Shown here piece by piece: positions 12,519 through 19,545 of a stretch of DNA of 42,443 nucleotides. The DNA is taken from positions 1 to 42,443 of the forward strand of contig JBAXTC010000003.1 in the NCBI GenBank assembly GCA_037130375.1, given 5' to 3'. Origin of the DNA: Verrucomicrobiota bacterium. Its GTDB lineage: Bacteria > Verrucomicrobiota > Verrucomicrobiia > Limisphaerales > UBA8199. Position 1 is the stretch's first letter. The number at the start of each line of letters is the position of its first letter. The notes beneath the pieces are model-generated. The model was given only the letters and a program-made list of their open reading frames with translations. It had not been told where the DNA came from and ran no database searches. A program made the translations under genes and the position numbers.

Positions 12519-13141
12519 CTTCCGCGAAACGGTCTTCCGCTTTCCATGACGCGTTGCAACTCCTCGAGGACCGGAGCCAGCTCGGCTTTGGTCTGCGCGG
12601 AGCTTTGGCTGTAAAAGGTCTTCAGGCCAATGGTCCGCATTTTCGCCTGAAGTTCGTTACTCAAAACCGGCGGCCCATTTGTGCCAGTCCGATTCCCACC
12701 GCGCGGGCCGGTTGGAGATTGGCCGCTGGCTTCCCTAAGCCGCCGCAGCGCGTCATCGATGGTCCGGCGTCGTTGTTCGTCCGGTAACTGTTCAAAGGAG
12801 GACAGCATTTGTTTGAAACCGGTGGGCATGGTAGCTTCGAGGAACGCGGACTTTTCGTCCTCTGTCATCTGATCGAACCAGCCCCAGGCCAGGCGGTCCA
12901 TTCGCGCCTTGCGGCGCTCTTCGAGTGACAACGCGTTGATTTTGTCTGCCAGTTCTTTAAGGGCCTGGGCTCGCGCATCTCCGGACAACTTGCTCAAATC
13001 GACTGACGCCGCGTAGGCCCTCACCTTCTCGGCTGTCAGCTTGGTGTTCTTGGCAATCTTGTACCCAGCCAAAGCGACCAGCCAGATCGCCAGTATCGCA
13101 ACCACGCATAGGAACACCGGCCGCCATCGTTGACTTACCAT
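12515..13141 (-). CDS. Hypothetical membrane-anchored helical protein
   Basis: 208-aa ORF, single N-terminal TM, ATGA-coupled to the pilin-like gene. Confidence 0.8.
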   Translation of the reverse strand: MVSQRWRPVFLCVVAILAIWLVALAGYKIAKNTKLTAEKVRAYAASVDLSKLSGDARAQALKELADKINALSLEERRKARMDRLAWGWFDQMTEDEKSAFLEATMPTGFKQMLSSFEQLPDEQRRRTIDDALRRLREASGQSPTGPRGGNRTGTNGPPVLSNELQAKMRTIGLKTFYSQSSAQTKAELAPVLEELQRVMESGRPFRGR

Positions 13142-13153
13142 GCCGCGAGTTTA

Positions 13154-13561
13154 TCACGGCGCATTGGGTTCGCCACGAGAATTCGCAAGGCGCTCCTCAT
13201 TGAGAATTGGGATCATGGCATCGAGTTTGGCTCCCACTTCAGGATGGATTTCTTCGGGTTTCATCTGAGCGGCAATTTGAAAGAAGTCTTTCTTGGAGAG
13301 CTGGGCTTCGGTCTTTTCCAGGAAGTCAGGCAGGATGGATTTGCTGGCGGCGGTGGAAACGAGGTAATCGCTCTCCTTGAGTGGATTCTTCAGAGCGGGC
13401 GGCGGGAAGTTATCTTTGAGAAAATCCTCGCCGTTCTTGCGCCGGACGGTGGAGAGAAGGTCAGGGTCTGGACCTGCGACAAAACGCATGAGCGCCTGGG
13501 GATGGAGGAGGTAGTTTTCAATTTCAAGCTGAACGAGGAAAGTGGTGTCCGCCCCGATCAT
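13154..13561 (-). pseudogene. Chimeric ORF: VapC/PIN N-terminus (MIGADTTFLVQLEI) fused in frame to the C-terminal part of an OLD/AAA-type ATPase (EIENYLLHP...PEEIHPEV)
   Basis: xxxDTTFL PIN start motif; EIENYLL motif typical of OLD/DUF4435-type nuclease tails; junction at the shared E-I codons 13520-13525. Confidence 0.5.
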
Positions 13562-13571
13562 AGCCGCGCAG

Positions 13572-13661
13572 TGAGAGAATGAACCGCTCGATTCCAGGAT
13601 CAATGAAGAAACCCGCTTCGGAGCGAAGCCGATCGAGTTCGGTTCGCAGGCTGGGGAGGCG
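13572..13661 (-). pseudogene. DUF3368-like (PIN-associated) C-terminal fragment
   Basis: Manual translation RLPSLRTELDRLRSEAGFFIDPGIERFILS; not in ORF track. Confidence 0.5.
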
Positions 13662-13718
13662 GTGGAATCCAATTCGAGCCATCCGGCCACCATCCAACCC
13701 CACGGCAGCGCAATAATG

Positions 13719-13874
13719 TCAGAGTCGAGCAGGCGGCCCCGGCCGGCCTATTTCGCTGAAGGTGAGGACACTGACAGCCACCGGTTCCGGGGGCCGCGCA
13801 TGAAGCGAGGCCGACAGGTCAAAGCCTTCGCGTTCTTCCGCGATCAGCAATGAACTATCGAGGATCAGCCCCAC
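13719..13874 (-). pseudogene. Truncated VapC/PIN toxin (about 41 homologous aa)
   Basis: GTG start overlapping the antitoxin end; MGLILDSSLLIAEERE...PVAVSVLTFSE then unrelated sequence and TGA after 51 aa. Confidence 0.75.
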
Positions 13875-14131
13875 GGATTCTTGAGGGACTTGAGCGCCTT
13901 GCGGCCCTTGCGCACGGCCGCCGCGAGATCGCGTCGGTCTTCAGCAGGCAAATCAGCATGGGCGAGGTCGTCCGCCAGTTCATGGCTGTTGCACCCCTCA
14001 GTCGAGGCCGGGACGAGGAGGGCGTAGGGGACGCCGAGCTTGACGATGGCAAAGGTTTCCTTCCGGGAATAGACCCGGTTGACACAGTCGCTGAAGCTTT
14101 TCGACGCTTCCGTCACACTCAATGTTTTCAT
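13865..14131 (-). CDS. Phd/YefM-family antitoxin
   Basis: MKTLSVTEASKSFSDCVNRV...FAIVKLGVPYALLVP; candidate promoter TTGACT-16-TAGAGT ending 6 nt before the ATG. Confidence 0.85.
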   Translation of the reverse strand: MKTLSVTEASKSFSDCVNRVYSRKETFAIVKLGVPYALLVPASTEGCNSHELADDLAHADLPAEDRRDLAAAVRKGRKALKSLKNPWG

Positions 14132-14178
14132 GCGGACACTCTATCGCACGCTTCCACCAAGTCAAGGAAGGGGGCTGG

Positions 14179-14252
14179 CGCCCTGCGCGGCCCAGCCAAC
14201 AGCGAAAAATTCGATGACGAGGGAACCTTCGTTGGCGGCCTGCCGCAGGGCG
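14179..14252. repeat. Imperfect GC-rich inverted repeat (REP-like hairpin)
   Basis: cgccctgcg...gccaac pairs with gttggc...cgcagggcg. Confidence 0.4.
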
Positions 14253-14455
14253 GCGACGGAGGGGCCGGAATGCTGCGGGTCGTTCAGCAGCATGCAAGTG
14301 TCAGTACTCACTATTTACACTCCCCAAGTGAAAGGGGCAACCCATAGGCTGGTTCTGTGAATGAGAATGAACGCAAGTCGCCATAATCAAGCACTCTCGA
14401 GAATCCGGGCGGTTATGCCCTTGGGGTCTTTGCGTTTATTCGCAACAACGGCCTT

Positions 14456-14527
14456 ATCGCGGGTGAGTTCCGCGTAGCCCTTGAGCAGGGCGTCCCAGGA
14501 TTCCCCATCGGCAAGTTGGCCGAGAAT
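14456..14527 (-). pseudogene. DUF433-family antitoxin internal fragment (followed by a weak HicA-like tail to 14387)
   Basis: ILGQLADGESWDALLKGYAELTRD resembles the DUF433 core IL..LA.G.S...IL..YP.LT.ED. Confidence 0.6.
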
Positions 14528-14573
14528 GGCCGGGTGATGCCAAGCTGTGCGATGCAGTTCAGCAACACGGTGC

Positions 14574-14792
14574 CGCGCCGAGCTCGACCTCCCCCAGAAA
14601 ATGGGCCGCCTCAAATAATGGTGCGCCGACGCCACCGCCGCCGAAGAGAACGGTCAGCAATACGATTTCGTCTTCGTTGACCAGAACCCCTTCGAAAAGT
14701 GGTTCCAGAACCAGGGACCCAAGAGTTTCGCCTCCCTTGCCGCCGCCTTCACGGATTACCAACCCTGCAAGGCTGACTTTGATACATCTTAG
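14574..14792 (+). pseudogene. C-terminal fragment of a type III restriction endonuclease (Res) with an internal stop
   Basis: Manual translation RAELDLPQKMGRLK*WCADATAAEENGQQYDFVFVDQNPFEK...FASLAAAFTDY; TAA at 14616-14618. Confidence 0.65.
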
Positions 14793-14857
14793 CAGGTTTA
14801 CAAAAACGTTGTAACTTGGCTAACTTTAGTATAAATACCCCCGCATGTCTCCTGTAA

Positions 14858-15232
14858 CTCCAGGAGTGGGGTAAGCATTCCTGGGATACCGCGGTCGCCT
14901 CTCCCATCACCCTGCACGATGTCCAACTGGCCTCCCAGTCCGCTGTCGCTGCCCTCGACGAAAGTTTCTTCCGTGTGCGCTTTGACCGCCTGACCCCGCT
15001 GGAAAAACGTTACCTCCGTGCGATGTCCGAGCTGGGCGCTGGCCCTCATCGCTCCGGCGACATCGCCGACCAACTCCGCCGCGAGGTCACCAACCTCGCC
15101 CCAACGCGCGGCCAGTTGATTTCCAAAGGCATGGTTTGGAGCCCGAGCCACGGCGACACCGCCTTTACCGTCCCGCTCTTCAACGAGTTCATGCGCCGCA
15201 TCATGCCCGGCGATGAATGGAAACAGACGTAA
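14858..15232 (+). pseudogene. 5'-truncated AAA+ ATPase with C-terminal winged helix
   Basis: Homology-like frame starts LQEWGKHSWD right after an in-frame TAA (14855-57), continues FFRVRFDRLTPLEKRYLRAM...FTVPLF; no Walker motifs present. Confidence 0.75.
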
Positions 15233-15233
15233 C

Positions 15234-15655
15234 TTTGACGAGGTGTTCACGGACCGGCTGACAGGGGTGGGCGGGCTGCTGGAAATGCGATTAACGGAGT
15301 CGATCACGTTTTCGGGGATGCGCTGGATCAGGCAGCCGATCCCAGGGACAGCAAAGGCAAAGGGGGAGTGACGATCATGCAGGACGGCGGGATGCAGGAG
15401 GGCAACCGGGCGGTGCGGGGGAGCGTGACGTGCGCGACGCGGGTGGTGGGGGAGAGCTGGGCGCGGCAACAGCGGGCGCTGCTGACGGGGGACGACGACG
15501 GGAATCACCATCCGATGCCGGAACAACTGGATTGCGAGTTTGAATTCGTGCCGCGCCGGGATGGGGTGGCGACGGGGGATGGGCAGAACGTGCGGCTGTT
15601 TCGGGTGGGGTTTGCGTTTGGGGAAACGCTGCCGAACTATCTGCCGAAGTCCTGA
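15234..15655 (+). pseudogene. 5'-truncated, frameshifted gene fragment of unknown function
   Basis: FDEVFTDRLTG...MRWIRQPIPG frame switches near the G run at 15345-47 into DSKGKGGVTIMQDG...LPNYLPKS*; distinctly G-rich composition. Confidence 0.4.
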
Positions 15656-15667
15656 GTACTGGCGTTA

Positions 15668-15695
15668 ACGCGTCCGCTGCACCAAAGGGTTGCGC
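15668..15695 (-). mobile_element. Truncated attC (R''/L'' half only) after cassette 4
   Basis: Minus strand GCGCAAC-cctttggtgcagcggacgcg immediately after the cassette stop codon; no matching L'/R' arm. Confidence 0.5.
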
Positions 15696-15697
15696 CC

Positions 15698-16003
15698 TCA
15701 TATATATAGCCGAATGCCAAAGTATAGCAGGCGCAGGGCGACGGCAGCAAAGACAACTGCAGCCAGCCACAGCACAACCGCGATGATCGGACGCCTTCCG
15801 AATGGTTCAGCAGCAGCCTTGGAGCGCGAGACAAAATAAAAAGGAACTCCGAAGAGAGCAACGAAGATCCCGGCGAAGAACGCAATTGGGCTGTCATACC
15901 GGTGGAGAGCGACGTCCACAAAAGGCATGGCCATGTAAACGAGGCCGCAGGCGACAAAAAGGCAGCAAACCATCCGCAGTGTTTTCGAGAGGTCCAGTGC
16001 CAT
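15698..16003 (-). CDS. Integron cassette 4: small membrane protein (101 aa, about 3 TM)
   Basis: ATG 14 nt after the GTTAAGC core; three hydrophobic segments. Confidence 0.7.
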   Translation of the reverse strand: MALDLSKTLRMVCCLFVACGLVYMAMPFVDVALHRYDSPIAFFAGIFVALFGVPFYFVSRSKAAAEPFGRRPIIAVVLWLAAVVFAAVALRLLYFGIRLYI

Positions 16004-16017
16004 GGGCAAAGTGCGAC

Positions 16018-16069
16018 GCTTAACGACGCGCATCATCGACCCCGCGCCACTGATGCTTGGCATGCAAAC
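16018..16069 (-). mobile_element. Truncated attC (L'/R' half only)
   Basis: Minus strand ...cgcggggtcgatgatgcgcgtc-GTTAAGC; the upstream arm is missing and replaced by the PEP-CTERM coding tail. Confidence 0.6.
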
Positions 16070-16784
16070 AAACAAAAGCTGCGCCAATACAGAGCAATTC
16101 TAACGAGCTAGGCTCTGGAACTGATTGCGGAGAAAACTGAATGCTGTCCAAGGTGAATATGTTCTCGTTAGCTGGAAAGCTGCCGGGTGTGGCTTGGCAC
16201 AAAATCGTGAGGTCAACCGCCGTGCCTGCGTAAGCGCTAATGTCGCCCGCCATCGTCATGACTCCACCGGATGTCGAAATCGGGGAAAGGCCAATGGGTG
16301 TGCCGTTAATAGTGACGATAGGACTCGCCTGTATAACGCCACCTGCAACCGGCGGACTCATCATCAAAAATTGGATGGAATGTGACCCGAGAGGGATCTG
16401 GCCGGTCTGCGAAATAGATGCCGTGTGAAAACAACTGGATGGAGCATCTGCGTATACGTAAAACTGGATGCTGTAACTACCCTGGAGCGGGACATAGCCA
16501 GAATAATATCCGTTGTTCGCGGTGAGCAAGGCAACCGATGTCTCATCAAGTGCGACAGGCGCTCCCCATACCGCTGTGCATACAGTGCCGTCCTCGCGCA
16601 CCGTCCAATACGGTAAAGCACTCGATGCCAAGAGTGCGTCATAAGCATCCCACGGCGTGTAGCCGCTGGGGGCAGAGACTATGGTGGCCTGCTCAAAATT
16701 TAGATTGGCAAATCCCTGACCAAATGCGCTCTGCAACAGAACGCACGAAACAATAACCGACCAAATGATATGCGTATGTTTCAT
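16020..16784 (-). CDS. Integron cassette 3: secreted PEP-CTERM sorting-domain protein
   Basis: Signal peptide, FANLNFE start, C-terminal VPEPSSL plus a hydrophobic stretch; lower GC than the backbone. Confidence 0.85.
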   Translation of the reverse strand: MKHTHIIWSVIVSCVLLQSAFGQGFANLNFEQATIVSAPSGYTPWDAYDALLASSALPYWTVREDGTVCTAVWGAPVALDETSVALLTANNGYYSGYVPLQGSYSIQFYVYADAPSSCFHTASISQTGQIPLGSHSIQFLMMSPPVAGGVIQASPIVTINGTPIGLSPISTSGGVMTMAGDISAYAGTAVDLTILCQATPGSFPANENIFTLDSIQFSPQSVPEPSSLELLCIGAAFVCLHAKHQWRGVDDARR

Positions 16785-16799
16785 AAGACGTGGCCAAGG

Positions 16800-16899
16800 G
16801 TCTAACGGCTAGAGCTCAGGCACGAGGGACCAAAAGGCGTGAACCGCGAAGCGGAACTGAAAGCGCCATCCCGCGTTGCCTGCAGCGATTTTGTTAGGC
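16800..16899 (-). mobile_element. attC site (100 bp)
   Basis: R'' GCCTAAC ... ctgcaggca / tgcctgag ... R' GTTAGAC; imperfect palindrome right after the cassette 2 stop. Confidence 0.88.
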
Positions 16900-16906
16900 T
16901 GCGTTG

Positions 16907-17188
16907 TCATGAGTAAGTGATAACCAAAGACACGACGCCGTAGAGCGCGAAGGCGGGAAGCCAGATGAGCACAAAGGCAATCGGCGATTGCCAAGGCTGG
17001 CCGCGCCAGAAAAGAGGAATGACGGAAACCAATGCAGCAGCGGCAACGGCAGCAGTCAAAATCGCAAGGTGGGCCTCTCGGTCGTAGCTGCTCCATTTTG
17101 ACAGAACCTGCGTGAGTGTCCACAACACCGCGTTCAAGACGACACCCGTGCCGAGTCTCAGCCATCCTTCTGTCTTCGAGCGAGTCAT
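16907..17188 (-). CDS. Integron cassette 2: small membrane protein (93 aa, about 3 TM)
   Basis: ORF fills the space between two attC sites. Confidence 0.75.
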   Translation of the reverse strand: MTRSKTEGWLRLGTGVVLNAVLWTLTQVLSKWSSYDREAHLAILTAAVAAAALVSVIPLFWRGQPWQSPIAFVLIWLPAFALYGVVSLVITYS

Positions 17189-17201
17189 GGCGTGTGAAGC
17201 G

Positions 17202-17297
17202 GCCTAACGCTCCGCCTGAGCTACAGCCGCCACTCCAGAACCTCTGGAGCACCAACGACTGACGTGGCGGCTGTTAGCTCCAGGCGGCTTGTTCGGC
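17202..17297 (-). mobile_element. attC site (96 bp)
   Basis: R'' GCCGAAC, L'' cctggagc, L' gctcagg (extra-helical G), R' GTTAGGC; inner stem acagccgccac/gtggcggctgt. Confidence 0.92.
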
Positions 17298-17304
17298 TGT
17301 GCCT

Positions 17305-17553
17305 TCAAGACTCTTCTGGCCGTTTCCCAAAGAACTCAAGATGGCTGCACTGGCAGCACTGTAGAGCATAACCCTCGATGAACAGGGCTTTGTATCTTGT
17401 GCCAAACGAGCCATGTCCATGCCACTGGAAGCCGCCACTGCTACATTGCGAGCAAATGACCGGCTTGCCACCAGCCTGAAACTGACGTGGGCGGAGGGTC
17501 TCTTTCACTGCTGCTTTTACTCCGCGTTTAATTGCTGTGATGGTCTTGTTCAT
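17305..17553 (-). CDS. Integron cassette 1: small zinc-ribbon protein (82 aa)
   Basis: CSQC...CCQC pair; ATG 15 nt after the attI core; followed by attC. Confidence 0.75.
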   Translation of the reverse strand: MNKTITAIKRGVKAAVKETLRPRQFQAGGKPVICSQCSSGGFQWHGHGSFGTRYKALFIEGYALQCCQCSHLEFFGKRPEES

Positions 17554-17568
17554 AATTGTGTCGAAGTC

Positions 17569-17610
17569 GCCGAACGTTGAATATACGATGACCCGTTCGT
17601 ATATCGAACG
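17569..17610 (-). mobile_element. Putative attI site
   Basis: Core GTTCGGC (17575-17569) preceded by cgtatattcaac with no attC palindrome upstream; 14-bp inverted repeat (12/14); lies between intI remnant and first cassette. Confidence 0.7.
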
Positions 17611-17645
17611 ACGCAGATCCGGCCGGCAAACCCTTTCATGCAATG

Positions 17646-17675
17646 AGGTTACGCTCGTTTAGCTCTCCAAGTCAA
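17646..17675 (-). promoter_or_regulatory. Candidate cassette promoter Pc (TTGACT-18-TAACCT)
   Basis: Sigma70-like hexamers pointing towards attI and the array. Confidence 0.45.
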
Positions 17676-17706
17676 TCCCCCTTTTTAAGCTACCCTACCC
17701 TCCATT

Positions 17707-17853
17707 GGTCGCTACGGCGCCTTTCTGAAGGAGCCGAGGTTCAAAAACCTGACCACCGAAAAGAAGTTAGCCGGCTTCCTCACCCGGTTGGCTCTCTCGG
17801 GCGTCTCAGCCTCCACGCAAAACCAGGCCTTCAATGCCTTGCTTTGCTTTTAA
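17707..17853 (+). pseudogene. intI: Integron integrase remnant (N-terminal SAM-like domain only)
   Basis: Manual translation GRYGAFLKEPRFKNLTTEKKLAGFLTRLALSGVSASTQNQAFNALLCF*; VSASTQNQA(F/L)NAL is the IntI N-terminal signature; divergent from the cassettes; start and catalytic domain missing. Confidence 0.85.
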
Positions 17854-18330
17854 TTAGTCGCTTTTCCCGACGGTGGAAAAGGCGCGGCTCTGGGCCTCGC
17901 GGAAGTTGGTGAGGAAGAGGGTGTTGTCCGCGACGGCTTTTTCGATGAGCTGCTTGAGCAGGAACAGTTCGGAACTGTTGATGACAGCATGGACGCTCTG
18001 CTGAAAGGCCTGCATCGGGGTGAAGGTCTGGAACGTTTCGCCGAAGAGAATGATCGTGGCATGGCGGCGCTCGTTCATGGGCATCTGCTGGAGCGCTTGC
18101 AAGGTCAGGTTTTCGCTCGGGTTGTTGGCCGCAAACAGCTCCTCCAGGATCGCAACCTGGTAGCGGACCTGGCTGAACCGAATCAGGAAGTCCGAGTGGG
18201 TTGCCGCGGTGTGGACTTTATAGCCCAGCTCATTGAGCGCCGCCCGGGCAGCTTCCAGCCAATCCGGCGTCGAGAAAGCGATCAGGGCGGGCTTGTCGTT
18301 GGCGCTGACGAATTCAAATTGCGTCGTCAT
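17854..18330 (-). CDS. Hypothetical protein with atypical receiver-like fold, coupled to pilT/pilU
   Basis: 158 aa ORF 6 nt downstream of pilU; alpha/beta pattern LNELGYKVHTA...YQVAILEE. Confidence 0.7.
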   Translation of the reverse strand: MTTQFEFVSANDKPALIAFSTPDWLEAARAALNELGYKVHTAATHSDFLIRFSQVRYQVAILEELFAANNPSENLTLQALQQMPMNERRHATIILFGETFQTFTPMQAFQQSVHAVINSSELFLLKQLIEKAVADNTLFLTNFREAQSRAFSTVGKSD

Positions 18331-18336
18331 GGGTGA

Positions 18337-19542
18337 TCACTTGAGTTTGAGCATCGGGGGCGCCGCCGGCGCGCCTGTTCGCGCGGCGTTCTGCATGGCC
18401 TTCATGCGCAGCGAGTGCATGCTGTGGGTGGATTCGCCGCGCGTTTTCTTGATGTTGTCAATGCCGCGCGTGACCGGCCCGCGTTTGGTGCAGTAGAGTG
18501 TCGCGGTGTCCTCGGTGATCTTCCCTTGTTCGTAGGCTTCCAGCGCCGAGAAATCGAAGGTCCGCCATCCGAATGACTGGCTGGACTCGATGATTTCGTA
18601 AAAGCTTTTGCCTTCGGTTTCGCCAAGGCGGATGCTTTCCTGGGTCCGGAGATTCGAGCCCATGATTTCGAGCAGCGCGTAGCGGCCGCCACCAACCCTC
18701 GGGACGAGCCGCTGGCTGACGACCCATCGCAAGGTGTCGGCCAGCCGAGCGCGAACTTGTTCCTGTTCCTCGGTTTCAAACATGCCGAGGATACGATTGA
18801 TGGTCTGGCCGGCGTCTATGGTGTGCAGCGTGCTGAGCACTAGATGGCCGGTTTCCGCCGCGCTCAGGGCAATCTTGATGGTTTCACGGTCGCGCATTTC
18901 GCCGACGAGAATGACCTTGGGCGCCTGGCGCAGGGCGGCGCGCAAACCGTTGGAGAAGGTGTCGAAATCCGTGCCCAGTTCCCGCTGGTTGAACGTGGCC
19001 ACATCATGATGATGAACAAACTCAACCGGATCCTCGAGCGTGATGATGTGAACCGGCTTGGTGCGCCCGATCTCATTGAGCACAGCGGCCAGGGTGGTCG
19101 ATTTGCCGGAACCGGTGGCGCCGGTGACGAGCACCAAACCGGTTTTTTCCAGGGGTGTCTGCTTGATAATCTCCGGGAAGTGGAGCGATTCGAGGGTCGG
19201 GATGACCGTGTTGAGCTTGCGTAGAACGATCGAAAAATTGCCGCGCTGGGCGAAGATGCTGATACGAAAACGCGCCTTATCGGCCAGCGTGTAAGCGGTG
19301 TCGCAGGAACCGCGGCGAAGCAAATCCCCGATGTGCCAGAGGTTGTCGCCGATCAGATTGAGCGCGATCATCTCGGTCTGGAACGGAGTGAGTTTCTCGA
19401 TGGGCGGCTCGCAGACAACCGGTTTCAGCTCGCCAAAGGATTCGACCTGCAACGATTTATCAACGGTGAACAGCAGGTCGGATACCTCCGGCTGCGAGTC
19501 CAGCATCGTCGTCAGAATGTAGTCAAGCTCGGGTCGGCGCAT
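18337..19542 (-). CDS. pilU: PilT/PilU-family type IV pilus ATPase (PilU-like)
   Basis: GATGSGKS, ITLEDPVE, ILVGEMRD, GHLVLSTLH; lacks AIRNLIRE. Confidence 0.8.
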   Translation of the reverse strand: MRRPELDYILTTMLDSQPEVSDLLFTVDKSLQVESFGELKPVVCEPPIEKLTPFQTEMIALNLIGDNLWHIGDLLRRGSCDTAYTLADKARFRISIFAQRGNFSIVLRKLNTVIPTLESLHFPEIIKQTPLEKTGLVLVTGATGSGKSTTLAAVLNEIGRTKPVHIITLEDPVEFVHHHDVATFNQRELGTDFDTFSNGLRAALRQAPKVILVGEMRDRETIKIALSAAETGHLVLSTLHTIDAGQTINRILGMFETEEQEQVRARLADTLRWVVSQRLVPRVGGGRYALLEIMGSNLRTQESIRLGETEGKSFYEIIESSQSFGWRTFDFSALEAYEQGKITEDTATLYCTKRGPVTRGIDNIKKTRGESTHSMHSLRMKAMQNAARTGAPAAPPMLKLK

Positions 19543-19545
19543 AAA

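Noticed and set aside
13581-13645. Apparent structured-RNA hairpin (gaaccgctcgat...atcgagttcggttc)
   Set aside because: Better explained as coding sequence of the DUF3368-like fragment; no recognisable ncRNA or attC motifs
14387-14455. HicA-like tail KAVVANKRKDPKGITARILESA
   Set aside because: Too short and divergent to call as a separate feature
14798-14836. AT-rich palindrome ttacaaaaacgttgtaa, considered as a dif/Xer site or operator
   Set aside because: Does not match the XerC/XerD 11-6-11 consensus, and no intact gene follows
16809-17255. 148-aa ORF spanning two attC sites
   Set aside because: Read-through of attC palindromes overlapping the real cassette gene 16907-17188
17643-17912. 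89-aa plus-strand ORF in the track
   Set aside because: Wrong frame; the meaningful sequence is the IntI remnant in the adjacent frame
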